Numbered from the stretch's first letter, positions 8,980 through 23,131 are shown. The stretch is 64,000 nt of DNA from Paraphysomonas bandaiensis (GCA_965644295.1 CBFFRP010000173.1:1-64000), one strand, 5' to 3'. A program made the numbers and translations. The notes: generated by a model from the sequence alone, not told the origin.

Positions 8980-11900
8980 TTATCCTTTCTGGATTGTGGT
9001 TGCTGCATCTGAAGTTTTTCTAAATAAGCCTATGATGTTGTCAAACAAGGATGCTGACGGCGAATATACGTCACGTACCTGAATTCCCATGGCAAGAGGT
9101 GATTTGATGTGCTTCTTTTCTACTGTTGATATATTAAGCGTTGCCTCATCACCACTCTTCGCTTCATTGTCCACAATATCGGAGTTCTCAACCATAACCG
9201 TATCAGCATGCATACTAACAGAATTTTCTTCGGCTGTTTTCATCGCCTGAAGTGCTTTATCGCGCACCATCCAAAGAGTATCTTCTTCGGCATTCTCGCC
9301 TCTAACCTGACCTTCCATTCCACCTGTGTCACTATGAGCACCGTCTTCTCCACGTTGAATAATTTCTTGCTCCCCATTGCTTTTACCTCTTCCAATATTG
9401 TGGCTAGAATTGCGTGATTGTTTGCAGAGATTTACCAATACATCAAGGAGGTCGCATATCCTTTTTGCATAGTTCAAAGTAGACGATGAGACATAAAGCA
9501 CTACTACTTCCCCTCCTTCGTCGGTTAGACATACCCCGTCTGATTGAACCATTGTCGCCTTGACCACAGATATGTTCTTCACACAATTGAATGGTACTAC
9601 TTTCTGCATCATAGGGAGCAAAAACACCTCATACGAGGTAAAGTATAGTCCCGTTGTCGTAATGTAAGCCACCCCTGAGCGGTTATTGTTTCCGATAGAG
9701 CCACTTGAGGAAACTGATGCTCCTATGTCAGTTGTTGAACACTGTATCGTCGCCTTAAAGTCAAGAATATAGGGCTCTGATTCGCAAGCAACTCTAAACT
9801 TGCTCTGGAATTGAGAAAATACAAGCTTGTCATCTTTTTCGACGAGATCTCGGGTAGCAAGGGTATTAATGAGGTCTATTTTAAAGGCTTCTATTTGATT
9901 GATGCGATTGGCTACGAGAGCAGTACGATGCTGGCAAACCTCTTGGGCAGTAGTCTCACAAGTTTGCCGCAGCTGATCGTATATAATGCTCAGTACGCTG
10001 TCTACTTCGCTTCGATGGCCGGACTCTTTACCCTCTTTCAGGTATTGCCGTCGAGCCCTCAATATTAAGAGACGAGAAAACTCTATCGACGATTGCCTAG
10101 CTGAATGGTTAGAGCCCTCTGTGCTCGGGTTTTGAGTATGTGTCTGACAGGTACTATAGGGTACGCTGAACACTGATAGCTCGTGATCCTTTTGAGGTGG
10201 TGTTGGCATCTTAAGGTGGGTTCTAAAACATATTTAGGTCATCATTACTACATGGGTAACACAGTATCGTACATACCTGTCATATATAGGTCGCAGAAGT
10301 GTCATGAGACGTGCACACTGCTTTTCCTCATTCGACACACAATCAACAAGAGAGTTCGATATGGTCAGTAAATTTACATCGAGCTCACGTATAAATGTGT
10401 CGTGGAGATCCCTAACGAAATGAGGGTCAAGCACACTATCCAGAGTTGTAGCCTGTCCAGTCTGCAGTTGTTCCGTATATACTTCAGATTTACGTTCTGC
10501 ACGACTGAGTGGAGTATTGAGACCCTCTGCACTGAGGGCACGACACAGCGCTTCGTGGATTTCTAACACAAACCCGTCGAACGACCGGTCTGTCACTGGT
10601 TTTCCAGAAAAAGATTGAAACAAGGACCCGCTCTTGGCGGGAACATATGTCACTACAAGCACACGTTGCTTCCTGTTGTTCGCACCAAGATAGGCGAATA
10701 CACTTTCCCACTCACTGTTGGCATGATAAGCAGCATTAAATTGAACCATCCTATTGAGGTCTTCAGGAAGGGGCTTCAGAACAGTACCACCGAATGAAAT
10801 CAAAATCTACTTACAATATATATTAAAGTACAGTTTCTACACTTACAATAGCACACAATAACTGCTAAAGAAAACACATCGAACCTGTTCTACAAGTCCA
10901 AGAATAGTCTCGGCCCTAACATCTCCTCGCACCACATACGAGAAAGCCCTCTCCTGAGGCGCTACAGTGATCTTTCTCATCCCAAGCTGTAGTGTAGTGG
11001 GTGCCTCTATTGCCGTGGCACATCCTAGGCGAGATACATACCTCAGGCGCTGGGCGGCCATTTGATGCTGACTGCACAAATATTAGCCCACAGAGGAGCC
11101 ATAGGATATCACACCTGTCCTTTGCATCTTCTTCAGCTACTGACAGCTCTTCGATTCTTTCAAGAAGTTCCTCATATGTATACTGCTCTTCTGATGGAAC
11201 ACTGGACTCGGCAGACTTCTCGCGACACCGAACAGGGCTGGAGATCTGAGCGTCATTGTCCATAACGTCTGGGTATATACGACACGTATCTGTCGCTGAA
11301 ATCAGGAAAAGTAATTACAAAATATACCGTAATGGATAGGAAAACATGAACTTTACAATACGAATGAATGAAGTTACAACTAACAGTAACCTTTCTCGTT
11401 CATAGTCGAAGTCGGATCGAATGTATCCACATCATCTGAGGCCCATTCTAGACCCATGTCCAGCACCGGTTCAGGAGTCTATAGCCAAACACAAATCAGA
11501 CCTATTATCAAATAAAATCATCCTAACATACTTTCGTGAAATGCACATCTGTGTTCTTGCCACTGAGTTGCTTGTCGAAATAATCTGTGATGTCGATCCC
11601 AGTGTCCGGGCTCCTAGATAGCACACTATATATATGTATATACAAGCACGTGAGACTGACTGCTATGGACCATAAGAATGACATCACTCACACATCACGA
11701 GACCCCTCACGCTCTCTATGGGTCCCTATATCGCTCTCGATGTCCGGTGTACGTGTCTCCAAGTACTTAAAATGAGCAGCATCTCTATCCTGTAGATGAT
11801 CAATGAGATCCCTCACCCCCCCCTGCCTCTCATCGCCCCCTCTACTCCTCTCATAGTCATAGTCCAGGTCATGCTCATTGTCATCAGTGTTATCGTTTAA

Positions 11901-11987
11901 TAATATCTGCAGACGATCCGCATCACTAGCAGAGAGATCGTCCTCGTCCTCTGAACCCGACAACAACTGGTCTAGTATACCTGACAT
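8980..11987 (-). CDS. Multi-exon protein with acidic N-terminus and C-terminal GRAM/PH-like domain
   Basis: ATG at 11987 (MSGILDQLL). GT-AG introns traced through 11692, 11613-11533, 11478-11392 and 11295 keep frame into ORF 10916-11263. GVAYITTTGLYFTS...VPFNCVKNI resembles GRAM. Later exon joins were not fully traced. Confidence 0.65.
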
Positions 11988-12055
11988 CTTATGACTAGAT
12001 GCGAATCATACTGACATAACCACAACCCAAACATACATACACAACAATGATACAC

Positions 12056-13277
12056 ATGTATGTATGTATGTATGTATGTACGTATGTATGTATGTATGTA
12101 TGTATGTATGTATGTATGTATGTATGTATGTATGTATGTATGTATGTATGTATGCATGTATGTATGTATGTATGTATGTATGTATGTATGTATGTATGTA
12201 TGTATGTATGTATGTATGTATGTATGTATGTATGTATGTATGTATGTATGTATGTATGTATGTATGCATGTATGTATGTATGTATGTATGTATGTATGTA
12301 CGTATGTATGTATGTATGTATGCATGTATGTATGTATGTATGTATGTATGTATGTATGTATGTATGTATGTATGTATGTATGTATGTATGTATGTATGTA
12401 TGTATGTATGTATGTATGTATGTATGTATGTATGTATGTATGTATGTATGTATGTATGTATGTATGTATGTATGTATGTATGTATGTATGTATGTATGTA
12501 TGTATGTATGTATGTATGTATGCATGTATGTATGTATGTATGTATGATGTATGTATGTATGTATGTATGTATGTATGTATGTATGTATGTATGTATGTAT
12601 GTATGTATGTATGTATGTATGTATGTATGTATGTATGTATGTATGTATGTATGTATGTATGTATGTATGTATGTATGTATGTATGTATGTATGTATGTAT
12701 GTATGCATGTATGTATGTATGTATGTATGTATGTATGTATGTATGTATGTATGTATGTATGTATGTATGTATGTATGTATGTATGTATGCATGTATGTAT
12801 GTATGTATGTATGTATGTATGTATGTATGTATGTATGTATGTATGTATGTATGTATGTATGTATGTATGTATGTATGTATGTATGTATGTATGTATGTAT
12901 GTATGTATGTATGTATGTATGTATGTATGTATGTATGTATGTATGTATGTATGTATGTATGTATGTATGTATGCATGTATGTATGTATGTATGTATGTAT
13001 GTATGTATGTATGTATGTACGTATGTATGTATGTATGTATGTATGTATGTATGTATGTATGTATGTATGTATGTATGTATGTATGTATGTATGTATGTAT
13101 GTATGTATGTATGTATGTATGTATGTATGTATGTATGTATGTATGTATGCATGTATGTATGTATGTATGTATGTATGTATGTAGGTATGTATGTATGTAT
13201 GTATGTATGTATGTATGTATGTATGTATGTATGTATGTATGTATGTATGTATGTATGTATGTATGTATGTATGTATG
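12056..13277. repeat. (TATG)n microsatellite, about 1.2 kb
   Basis: Near-perfect tetranucleotide array with sparse CATG/TACG variant units. Confidence 0.99.
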
Positions 13278-13373
13278 GGGTTCGTCTCTCGTTACGTGTA
13301 TGTAGGTACAGGGTAGAGGTGGAGAGGTACATGTGTATGTAAGATATGTGAGTTGTTCTCATAATTGTGAGTC

Positions 13374-14657
13374 ATGTCGTACCCTTACGCCATATCTCTC
13401 TCCTCCATCCAGGAGGCCTCTGATCGCATCGGGTCTCATGTATCAGTGACCCCAGTGATGAGGTGCTCTAGCATCGATCGTCTCGCAGGGAGACATCTGT
13501 ACTTTAAGTGTGAGTGTATGCAGAAGACCGGGAGCTTTAAGGCTCGCGGGGCCACTAATGCTGTCCTCAAGAACTCTCCGCATGCTGTCGTGACGCATTC
13601 TAGTGGAAATCACGGTCAGGCGCTTGCATGGGCCGCTCAGAGGCTGAGTATTCCTGCGTATATAGTCATGCCGACTAATGCTCCTGTGTGCAAGCAGCGT
13701 GCTGTGCAGGTAACTCTCAGCTGTGAACTACAGCCAATATCAATATCTTGCAGGAATATGGTGGGAATATTCGCTTTGTTGAACCTACTCAAGCAGCCCG
13801 TGAGGCTGGGGCAGCAGCTGTACAGCAAGAAACTGGAGCCACGTTTATACACCCCTATGACAATCCGGATGTAATGTCAGGACAGGGAACAGTAGCCCTA
13901 GAGCTCTTGAGCCAAGTGGAAAATTTGGACGCCATCATCGTCCCTATTGGTGGTGGTGGTCTGTGCTCCGGTACTGTCAATGTTTTCATTGAATTTGTGC
14001 GTAATGAGTTATCGCAGGAGTAACAATGGCTGCTAAGTCACTGCGGCCTTCTATCAAAATTATCGCTGCTGAACCTGGTTTGATATGTCGTTGTGGTGTT
14101 GAAGTTTTAATGTGGTACACTGTACAGAGCTGGCGGACGACGCTTATCGCTCGAAAATGTCGGGAGAGAAACAGCATAACGCCGCTCCACCACTTACGGT
14201 TGCTGATGGTTTAAAGACTAATCTAGGTAGGCCCACACGTGACCTATAGTATTGAGATTGAAAGTATTGCCTCTTACCTTTGCGATTGGATGATATTCCC
14301 TCTAGTAGATCATAGTGTGTTCATATGTGTAATTAGGGGACCATACATGGCCTATTGTGCGGGATATGGTGGATGACATTATAACCGTATCCGATGATGA
14401 GATCAGGGCAGCCATGCGACTAGTGTGGGAGCGCATGAAGTGTGTAATAGAGCCCAGTGCGGGCGTAGGTATTGCAGTAGCTCTGAGTTCTAAATTCAAA
14501 TCCTCTTGGGGACAACCTGATAAGGGTCTTGAACATATTGGTGTCATACTCTGTGGAGGTAATATGACAACCGCATTTTGATATTTTTAATTCCTTATGT
14601 TGTATCCTAGGAAACATTGATCTGGATAACCTATCGTCAATACTAAAAACTGAGTAG
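13374..14657 (+). CDS. Serine racemase / serine-threonine dehydratase (PLP fold II), multi-exon
   Basis: FKCECMQKTGSFKARGA (PLP lysine), SSGNHGQ, HPYD..GQGT, PIGGGGL, IEPS, ILCGGNID. Stop TAG at 14655-14657. Confidence 0.93.
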
Positions 14658-15195
14658 GTAGTTTAGTATTAATTGAAAAGTAGTCGCGCTGTCAACTTCT
14701 GAGGGTTCCTTTTTCGCAGTTGTATTATTATTGTTTTCGTGAAAATTGGTGTCACAAAGTATCTACGATACAGCAGTAGATAAAAGTGTATACCAGTCTA
14801 CATTGTCTGCATCCTCGCATTCTATCAGTTTGTGCTCTATCATCATGAATAAAGGGAATGGTAAAAATTAATAATCAGGAATCACATACTGAACATATCT
14901 CTTAATTACAACTCTGCAACTTTTACTAATTGCTACGTACATTTAGTATATGATATATATGACGACACAGTCATCCAAAATCACTGTATCTACGGCATTG
15001 TAATACGGAAATGTCTCGATCAAGGGTTTTACATTAGCTATCGTAAGTATAATCCATAATATAGAGATGAACTGTTGTGTAATTTATTGTTCATTGCACC
15101 ATGAGAAGTTAATACTCGCATTAATACATAAATCATTACACTATGCACTCACTTTAAGTGCTCGACATAACTGACTCTATTTATATATTGCCGAT

Positions 15196-15385
15196 TAAAC
15201 AGGCATCCGGGACTGGGCCCACCTCAAGGGCATCGTCACTATATTCCTTTTCACTACTATTTATACTTAATACTTATCGTCATGATGTTAATTCCCATAT
15301 TACAGTTACCAATAACCAATAACTGTATACTACTCGTAACGGTTATAATTTAAATACCTTATAACTACAGCTTTCAATTGCTCTC
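15196..15385. repeat. Composite dispersed repeat fragment
   Basis: 15196-15235 is the reverse complement of about 8378-8416 with a few mismatches. 15320-15383 resembles 44905-44970. Confidence 0.6.
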
Positions 15386-15773
15386 AAATAACAGATAGAC
15401 ACGACCTTATACAGTCAGTATATTTTAGGTTTACAAACATAATCGTATCATTTCATTTTTTCATGTAGCACTGTGTTCAGTAAGATCTCTATTTAATTTC
15501 AATTCTGTGTTCAGCAAAAGTGAATTTCAATTTTTGTAAATCTAACAAAAGTAAATGTAGCTTTAGATTATTACTTTAAACTACATATATATAGAATACT
15601 GTAGTGCTCATGACACAAATTATTTCAGCAACAATAAGTACAGCTGATCACATAGAATAATGCTGGAACACGCTGTAGTTCTGATATACTTATTGCGGAC
15701 CATGTATAGTGTATATAGTATATTTTTAGTACGTAACCGACAACGGTTACACAGCTGAAGCACAGTTCGCATC

Positions 15774-18700
15774 TCATAGTCTTTCCTCGGCTACTTCCAT
15801 TTCACTGTGAACAGGATTTCGAAAAACGTTTACTTTATTTGTCGACATCTCATTGTCAGAAACAAACTTAGAAGGAGGGCGCCGCACTCCAGTTTCAACT
15901 GATACATAAGGACTCGTGGTTCTTCTGATAGCTTTCTTGGTGGGAAACCTGTCCACAAAGTTTTCCCTTTTATATGTTCTGCGTCCTATATACACAGCCC
16001 CAGATAGGAATAATACAGTAGCGATACAGAGAAGAGCCACAGAAACAATGAACATGACCTTGTATTCTGACTCTCCCTCGTTACCACCAGAAGTGTTCTC
16101 CGCGCCATTGCCTGCTCCGAATGTTTCCACACAAGACGTTTCCATAAACGAACTTCCAGTGTATACTTCATCATAGCAGGAACCTGAATCCCCAACATTG
16201 ACTTGAGAATACTCTATAATATAATTTGCAGTCACATCAGCGTCATCAGTTGGTACCGATGGCTGGATCTGTTTTGTTTGACACAAAAACATATTCATAT
16301 CTCCACATTTCCGATCTCTTACTTTTCCCTGCGAATATATCACGGCGCAGTTTGAACTCAATCCACCACTGGGTTCATTTTTAGCCCAGTTTACGTAGGT
16401 GTCTGTGTCACCGTGGTCCCATTCCCATACTCCCTCCAATGACATGTCGTTGTAACCGATCCAGAAGGACCGTTTCCCGAACTTTCGTCCGATGTAGTCA
16501 AAGGAATTCTTATCTGGTATAGATGCTAGCCACCCTCCAGAGGACTGACAGATACTCCTTGCATCACTCCATGTTCTTTCTTCCGATACAAATTCGTAAC
16601 AAAATCCATTATATATCCCACTGCTAAAACCAGAAGGGCAAAAAGTTGCAATTCTATCCGCTTCTGTGGGTTGAAGGGAATCAGTTTCGCATAAGAAACT
16701 CTGTTCCTGCTTACAATTTTGATCATACATTTTTCCATTCGACGAAATGACGGCGCAATCATTTTTCTGAAATCCACTTGGCTGGTTTAAACCCCACTCA
16801 ACGAAAGCGGCAGTATCGCCATTTTCCCATTTCCACTTCCCTTCCTCTTTCGCATCCGTATATCCCACCCAAAAAGGAGAATTCTGAACAGAGGTAAAAG
16901 TGGTATTAATGAATGAATAGATTCCAGAGTCCGTGATTGAGGCAAGCCAGCCTCCCTTTGACTTACACACAGCCGCATCATCCTTCCAAGAGTCTTGATC
17001 TGAAACAAACTTGAAGCACTTCCCGTTGTAGCTTCCACTATCAAATAATTTTGGACACTCGTATGTCTTTTGCGTATCATCGGTTACTCTTCCCCATTTT
17101 ACATTACTAATCCCAAGTTTAACGTACGGTGAGCTGTTGTCGTTGAAAGAGGTCAACAAGCGGCGCTCCGAAAGAACTATATTTCCGTCAATCCATGCAT
17201 CAACTGATCCTGCACCACCAACTACAAAATTCATATTTACCCGAATCACAAAGTTCATCCATTTCCCTTGCACTAAGGTCCCCAGGTTGTATATACTGCA
17301 TGACGGTACAGCTGATTCTGATACTCCACCGCAAGATTGAAGAAGAAATGACCTACCTCGGTCAATAATTATAGCGATTATGGGCCATGGATCATCCACT
17401 CGATCTCCTCGCATTACTTCGAAAATAGTTGCACTCGTGCTGGCGTCGTCGTAGGTCCACGTCGTCGGAATGCGCAATTTAAAGCCGACCCAATACACAC
17501 CTGTGTTTGTCGGCATCACGACGGCACGCTGATCAGAAGCCAGCTTTAATTGAGCATTAGTACAGGTTTTGCAATAGGAGAGACGAAATGACATATAGGC
17601 ATCTTCATTAGAGTCATGAGGTGAGTCTGCACTAGCAATCAGCTGTGAAACAGTAGCAGTTGTTCCGTCCAAACGCATTCGCCAGTGTGAAAGGACGGAA
17701 AAGTCTTCACTCATCCTTAGGGAGCTTGAGAGAGTTGGCGTCGGCTGGAAAGTTGGTGATACAGTAGGGAAAACGGTAGGCAATGCTGAAGGTGAAAACG
17801 AATCCATGCTACTACTAAAACTTGTAGCCATATCAGACAGAGTCATAAATTCCCATGTCGATCTTCCAATGGAAATTAGTTCCTTGAGTACCTCCAATTT
17901 GGTATAGTTTAAACTTGAGCACGTTTCAGTATCCGAAAACTCGAATGGAGTCAGCGAGACGACTGAAAACCCTTGATTCGCTGTAACAGGATGGTATTAC
18001 AAAATAAATTTAAATAAAAAGGGAAATACATAGTAGCACGAAACACGATATTTAACGGGATACCTATCTGAGCATCAATCCACTTCTGTGCATTGCTCAC
18101 GCTAGCTGTTCCGCCGCTGCTTGATTCCCAATAGCCGTCATCCCCCAAAACTGCCCCAGCAGGAAGATGAAACAGCCCGTTACTCAAAATATTGGGGGCT
18201 TTGACGTTGCTTCCCTCTGTACAATGAATAGGCCTACCTGCACCAGGTGAATCAAGGGGATACCAGTTACACTTCGCGCTAACGATGGTCATCGTTTGTG
18301 ATGAAATTGCTTCAAATAAAGACGAATCATAGTCACTATATGGGGGAATAAAGGCCATAGGTGCAATATTGGTAATATCCATAATTTTATTTTTTGATTG
18401 AGCCAGGTCATGAAGTTGCCATGCCATAGTCTTACCGAAATAGGGCTCATACTGATGTGATGAGCTCGCTAGCTCAACCAATGGACTGGCAGCAATGGAC
18501 TGAAGATACTCTACCATATTAGTACTCTCATCTAAATAACTACCAATTAACCCTATAGTAACAGGTACGCCCAATTTTGTGATTTCATTTACAACAGTCT
18601 TGCCAATATCCTCACACCACCATGACTGGATGTTGTCAACTCGAAGTGCCACTTTAGGAAGACTGAGTGTGGGTGGCGAGGTAGCCGGTAATGAAGAAAC

Positions 18701-19706
18701 AGGAGTAGGAAATGATGACGGAATAGGAGTAGGAACTGCATTTACGATTCGTCGGGCTCCCTCTTGGTATGTCTGTATATCCCAGTGAAGCCTACCATAC
18801 TCCAGCAATCTTCGTAGGACAGCGAACTTATTAGGGTCAGGTGTAATACAATCGATGCCAGTGGCGAATTCAACTGGATGCAGCATCACCACTGCAAAAC
18901 CCTGTGCATCTGTACAAAAAAGATGTGAGATACTCTGCTGATTAAAAAGCTTTTTGTCAACTGCAAAGCGATACATTAACATGTAAGTTTACACTCACCA
19001 ATCTGGGAATTAATCCACTCTAGTGAACTGTTCAAACTCGCAGGTCTCTGATAACTAGTCCAATATTCTGTATCTCCCATGACAGCTCCTGTAGGTAGCA
19101 TATACACTCCATCTACCTGGATGCTAGGGGCCACAACTTCACTACCATCTGGACAGTAAATTGGGGTCCCCTTCAGAGGTGATCTCAGAGGGTTCCATGC
19201 ACACTCCGAACTCATTATTGTTACACCTTCGGCTTTCACAGCTTCCATCGTGTTATCTCCATAAGAGTTGAAAGGAGGAATAAAAGTAGTGGGTGTCTTG
19301 CCCGTAACCGATTTGATGACCTCGATCGACTTCCTCAAATCAAAGCGTTGCCATTCTACAGTCTTGCCCAAATATGATTCATGTTTGTGTGAATGAGTAA
19401 CGATTTCAACCAGTGGATTCTGGGCTATAGTTTGAAGATATGAGACTATCGTCGGGCTGTCGCTGAGGTTCTTCCCGATGACCCCTACATTGACAGGAGT
19501 CCCAGCAGACAGAAACTGATCAACAGCAGACTTTGCCATTGCTTCGCACCACCATGCCTGAACATCTGAGACACATATTAACTGTATAGACACAGAAGAG
19601 ACTGCTGCTTACCGTCTAATCGGAATATAACGACTGGTTTAGCGACAGCTGACAGATAACACACATGAGCGGCCAGCAGCACATACAGGATCACAGCACA
19701 GTTCAT
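15774..19706 (-). CDS. Type I membrane protein: signal peptide, two polysaccharide-deacetylase (CE4/NodB-like) domains, polysaccharide-lyase-like jelly roll, two C-type lectin domains, TM helix
   Basis: ATG at 19706 gives MNCAVILYVLLAAH. Spliced VVIFRLDD, EIVTHSHKH, FIPPFN, VMLHP. Second copy LRVDN/FIPPY. YWVGFKLRIP..GKWMNF..AWIDG..PYVKLGI. Two CTLDs (FWVGYTD..EGKWKW; FWIGYND..EGVWEW..NEPS). Hydrophobic VMFIVSVALLCIATVLFLSGAVYI. Confidence 0.85.
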
Positions 19707-20226
19707 ATGATATCAATAGATCAACACAGAGAGTGAGATATCACCAGGGTTTAAGATAAGAGGGTTGTTGATGTGTTCTTGCAACGCCTCATTGCACTGC
19801 AGTGCATGTGCATGTGTATGTGTATGTCCCACACTGCAGAAGCGTATGGGTTACATATACAAAAACACGCTTTACCAGACGTTATATCTGAAATACAATG
19901 TATTACAGAGAAATAATACATTCCATGTGGACGAAGGAGTGACCCTCAAAGATACTGTACTGCTGTACTACGATGTAGGTATTGCCTATAGAGTATACCG
20001 CTGTATACATGATGCTTTCCGTTGGTACTTGTGTACTTGTCCTACAGTACATTCATTTGGATATGGTTGGGGTAGCGTACAGGTGTACAGGTGTACAGGT
20101 ACAGACTGTTGCGGTATGCTTCATAGTGTATGCATCTGATCTGATCCTGGTTTATCTTAAGATATTCCTCCATACAACATCACTTACAAAGTACTGTGTT
20201 CTATTCCCGCAATAGTTTTCTCTTCA

Positions 20227-21854
20227 ATGCACCCTGCTTCTAGAGTTGTTGCATCCAGATGCCTTAGAAAGACATTGAATTCCAGGCTTTCTAGCCTTGC
20301 GTCGTATGATCTGTTCAACCCGACACCAGAGCACGCACAACTCAGATCAATGATACGAAACTTCTGTGACCAAGAAGTTCTTCCTCAAGCCATCGAGTAC
20401 AACCGAAAGGAGGTATTTAACGTCGATTTATTTCGAAAATTGGGTGATCTGGGGGTGCTGGGTATCACTGTGGCAGAAGAGTACGGCGGCGCAGGTGAAA
20501 TAATAAACCCAAGTATTATGTATTGGAGTTATATTATCTGTATGTTAAGGAATGGACGCAACTGCAGCTGTTATTGTACTGGAAGAGGTTATCCATCATA
20601 TATTTTTCTCTGTATAACTGACGCCGCATTTCGTTGTAGCTAAATGCTTCTGACCCGTCAGTGTCCATTGCATACCTCGCCCATGCTATGCTCTTCTGTA
20701 ATAATCTTAACCAGAATGGTAGTCATGAGTTAAAACAGAAATATCTGCCGGGTGCAAGTGCTGGTTCTTTGATATGCGGTATGTGTATGTCCGAGCCTGG
20801 GGCTGGTACAGATGTTTTGGGCATGTCCACCTCCGCAACCCCGAGTGAAGACGGCTCCTACTTCACGATTAATGGAACTAAAATGTGGATTACTAATGGA
20901 TCACTTGATGGGACAGATACCGGAGATGCATTCTTTGTGTATGCGAAGACCGGCAAGGGCCGTGCTCCAGGTGATTTGTCAGCATTCGTAGTTGAAAAGG
21001 GGATGCCAGGATTTTCACTAGGACAAAAGATAACAGGAAAGCTAGGTACAATCACGTTGTCTTTTGTATACCCTGTTTTAATTAAGTACATTTGTTTTCG
21101 ACCAGGTAATCGGGCATCTAATACAGCCGAGCTCGTGTTCGACAATGTCAAGGTTCCTGCGACTAATCTCATAGGAAAGGTGGGGGGGGCGTCACTATGT
21201 ATGATGCGGAACTTAGAGATTGAGCGCATTGGAGCTGGAGCAATGGCTATGGGAACAGCAAGATCATCTCTAGATATCATGACCAAGTAAGTAGTGGCCA
21301 GCGTGCATATTAATTTCATTCTCTTGAGCAGATATGCTGCAGAGCGAAAGCAATTTGGCAAACCTATCGGCGAGTATGGCCAAATGCAGAAATATATATC
21401 GGAATCGTACTCCCAGTATATGGCTGGACGATCTTATCTATATAATGTGGCCAGACAGTTGGACCTCTCCACGTACGGTAATGGTCTAGACGCTGATGGG
21501 GTCAAATTGTTCTGTGCGCCAATAGCTAAGAATATTGCGGATCGGGCCATACAGGCAATTTCATTCGCATAATTTATATGAATGTATGCCTCTTACATGC
21601 TATACTTAATATAGGTGCTTGGAGGAAATGGATACACGGCAGAATATATGGTAAGCGTTTCCTGTAAAGTGGAATATATGACTCGTATTATCACCACTGA
21701 ATTGAACATGTTTGGTTGGATTTTAACGTTACGATATGCTCAGGTCGAGCAGTACTGGCGCGACTCAAAGCTTGGAGAAATTGGTGGCGGAACACTTGAA
21801 GCTCATCATAAGAACATGTGGCGCGACCTCATGAAGCGCCGCAATATTTTGTAG
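20227..21854 (+). CDS. IVD: Isovaleryl-CoA dehydrogenase (mitochondrial acyl-CoA dehydrogenase), multi-exon
   Basis: Arg/Ser-rich presequence, AYLAHAMLFCNN, MCMSEPGAGTDV, INGTKMWITNG, LEIERI, ERKQFGKPI, VLGGNGY, EIGGGT. Confidence 0.9.
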
Positions 21855-23131
21855 TAATGTGGCAACAATGACTTATGTTTGCAATGTGTGTGGTGAGAAG
21901 GTGTGATACATATGTATGTAGAGTTTCAATCTAGTTTTCATTATTTCAAAGTAGAGGTATAGATCCAACATGATATGTATCTAATCTTTCCCCAAACGAT
22001 AGTAACCTCTAAGCATATGTGAGTGATACATTCGTAATTAAATACTAATTATATTCAGTTAAGTTTATTGCTTTTTACCTTTAACGTGACAAATGATTTT
22101 ATTCGGAGTAACATGATGATATTATTTTCGTATAAATGTAGGTTTGACTTGAAATAAACGCAAAGAGTTGATAATATCATTGTCCAGTCATTAACTATTG
22201 TTTTACTATGTGATAACTGCTTTTTTCAGCAATAAAAGGATCGCGGTCTACAGTTAAACCATCATATATCTTGTATGAAGGATAGTGTATGTAGTGCAGT
22301 AAGGGAACAATATAATGTTGTGTGCTGTTAGCCAGATAGGGCAGAACGAGATAAAGTAGGTAGATTCGGCGAAAGCATAAGTATATATTTATATTTGTTG
22401 CACTTATCCAGAACTTTACGCATTTCTACAAAAAAATATACCTTTATATTATGTAGAGCAGTAGTGATGGTGGCTGTGTCAGACACTGTGATATCGATGT
22501 GAATATATGGGAATATGTGAAGAGACTCACTTTTCGACTAAATACATGAGGTAAAAAGAGTAGCTACCAGCTACAGATTGAAACACTTCTGTCTGATGCA
22601 GTCACATTTAAAGACCCGTAGCTGCACCCCTGCACCACTCACTGTATAAGCCACCACCTTAAGGCTAGATCACACCATGCTTGTTTACTTTCCATACGGG
22701 TTGCACTCATAGTTCCTCATCAGTCGGCAGGTTAATTGATTGCAGCATATCTTCTTAAGTTACAATCCAACGCAACCACAAGCAATCTGATGTCCGCTGA
22801 AGATACTTTCCTGTATAACAACACCCTACAGTGTCCACAGAATACGTCTAGAAGTCCACCATCTGGTGCTCGTGCTGTGCAGCTCAATATTCTATTAATT
22901 TTCTGACGTCGGCAACTATCATGCTGAGAAATCCACATCATCAAATTTTCATATCATTACGTTGAGTTTTCCTATGAGCAATAGGCGGATTCCTGTACTT
23001 GTGTACGTGGAGTCTAGCAGGACACCGTGTCCAGGCAGGCAGATATATGCATGAGCTGAGCATATCATAATTATATCCACACAGATCAAGCCACGCATAT
23101 ACCAGGCCAACATAAACCAACCCTCAAGATC

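Noticed and set aside
11972-13362. Long HTYI/MYVC-repeat ORFs
   Set aside because: These are translations of the stop-free (TATG)n microsatellite, not genes. The same applies to 53578-54208.
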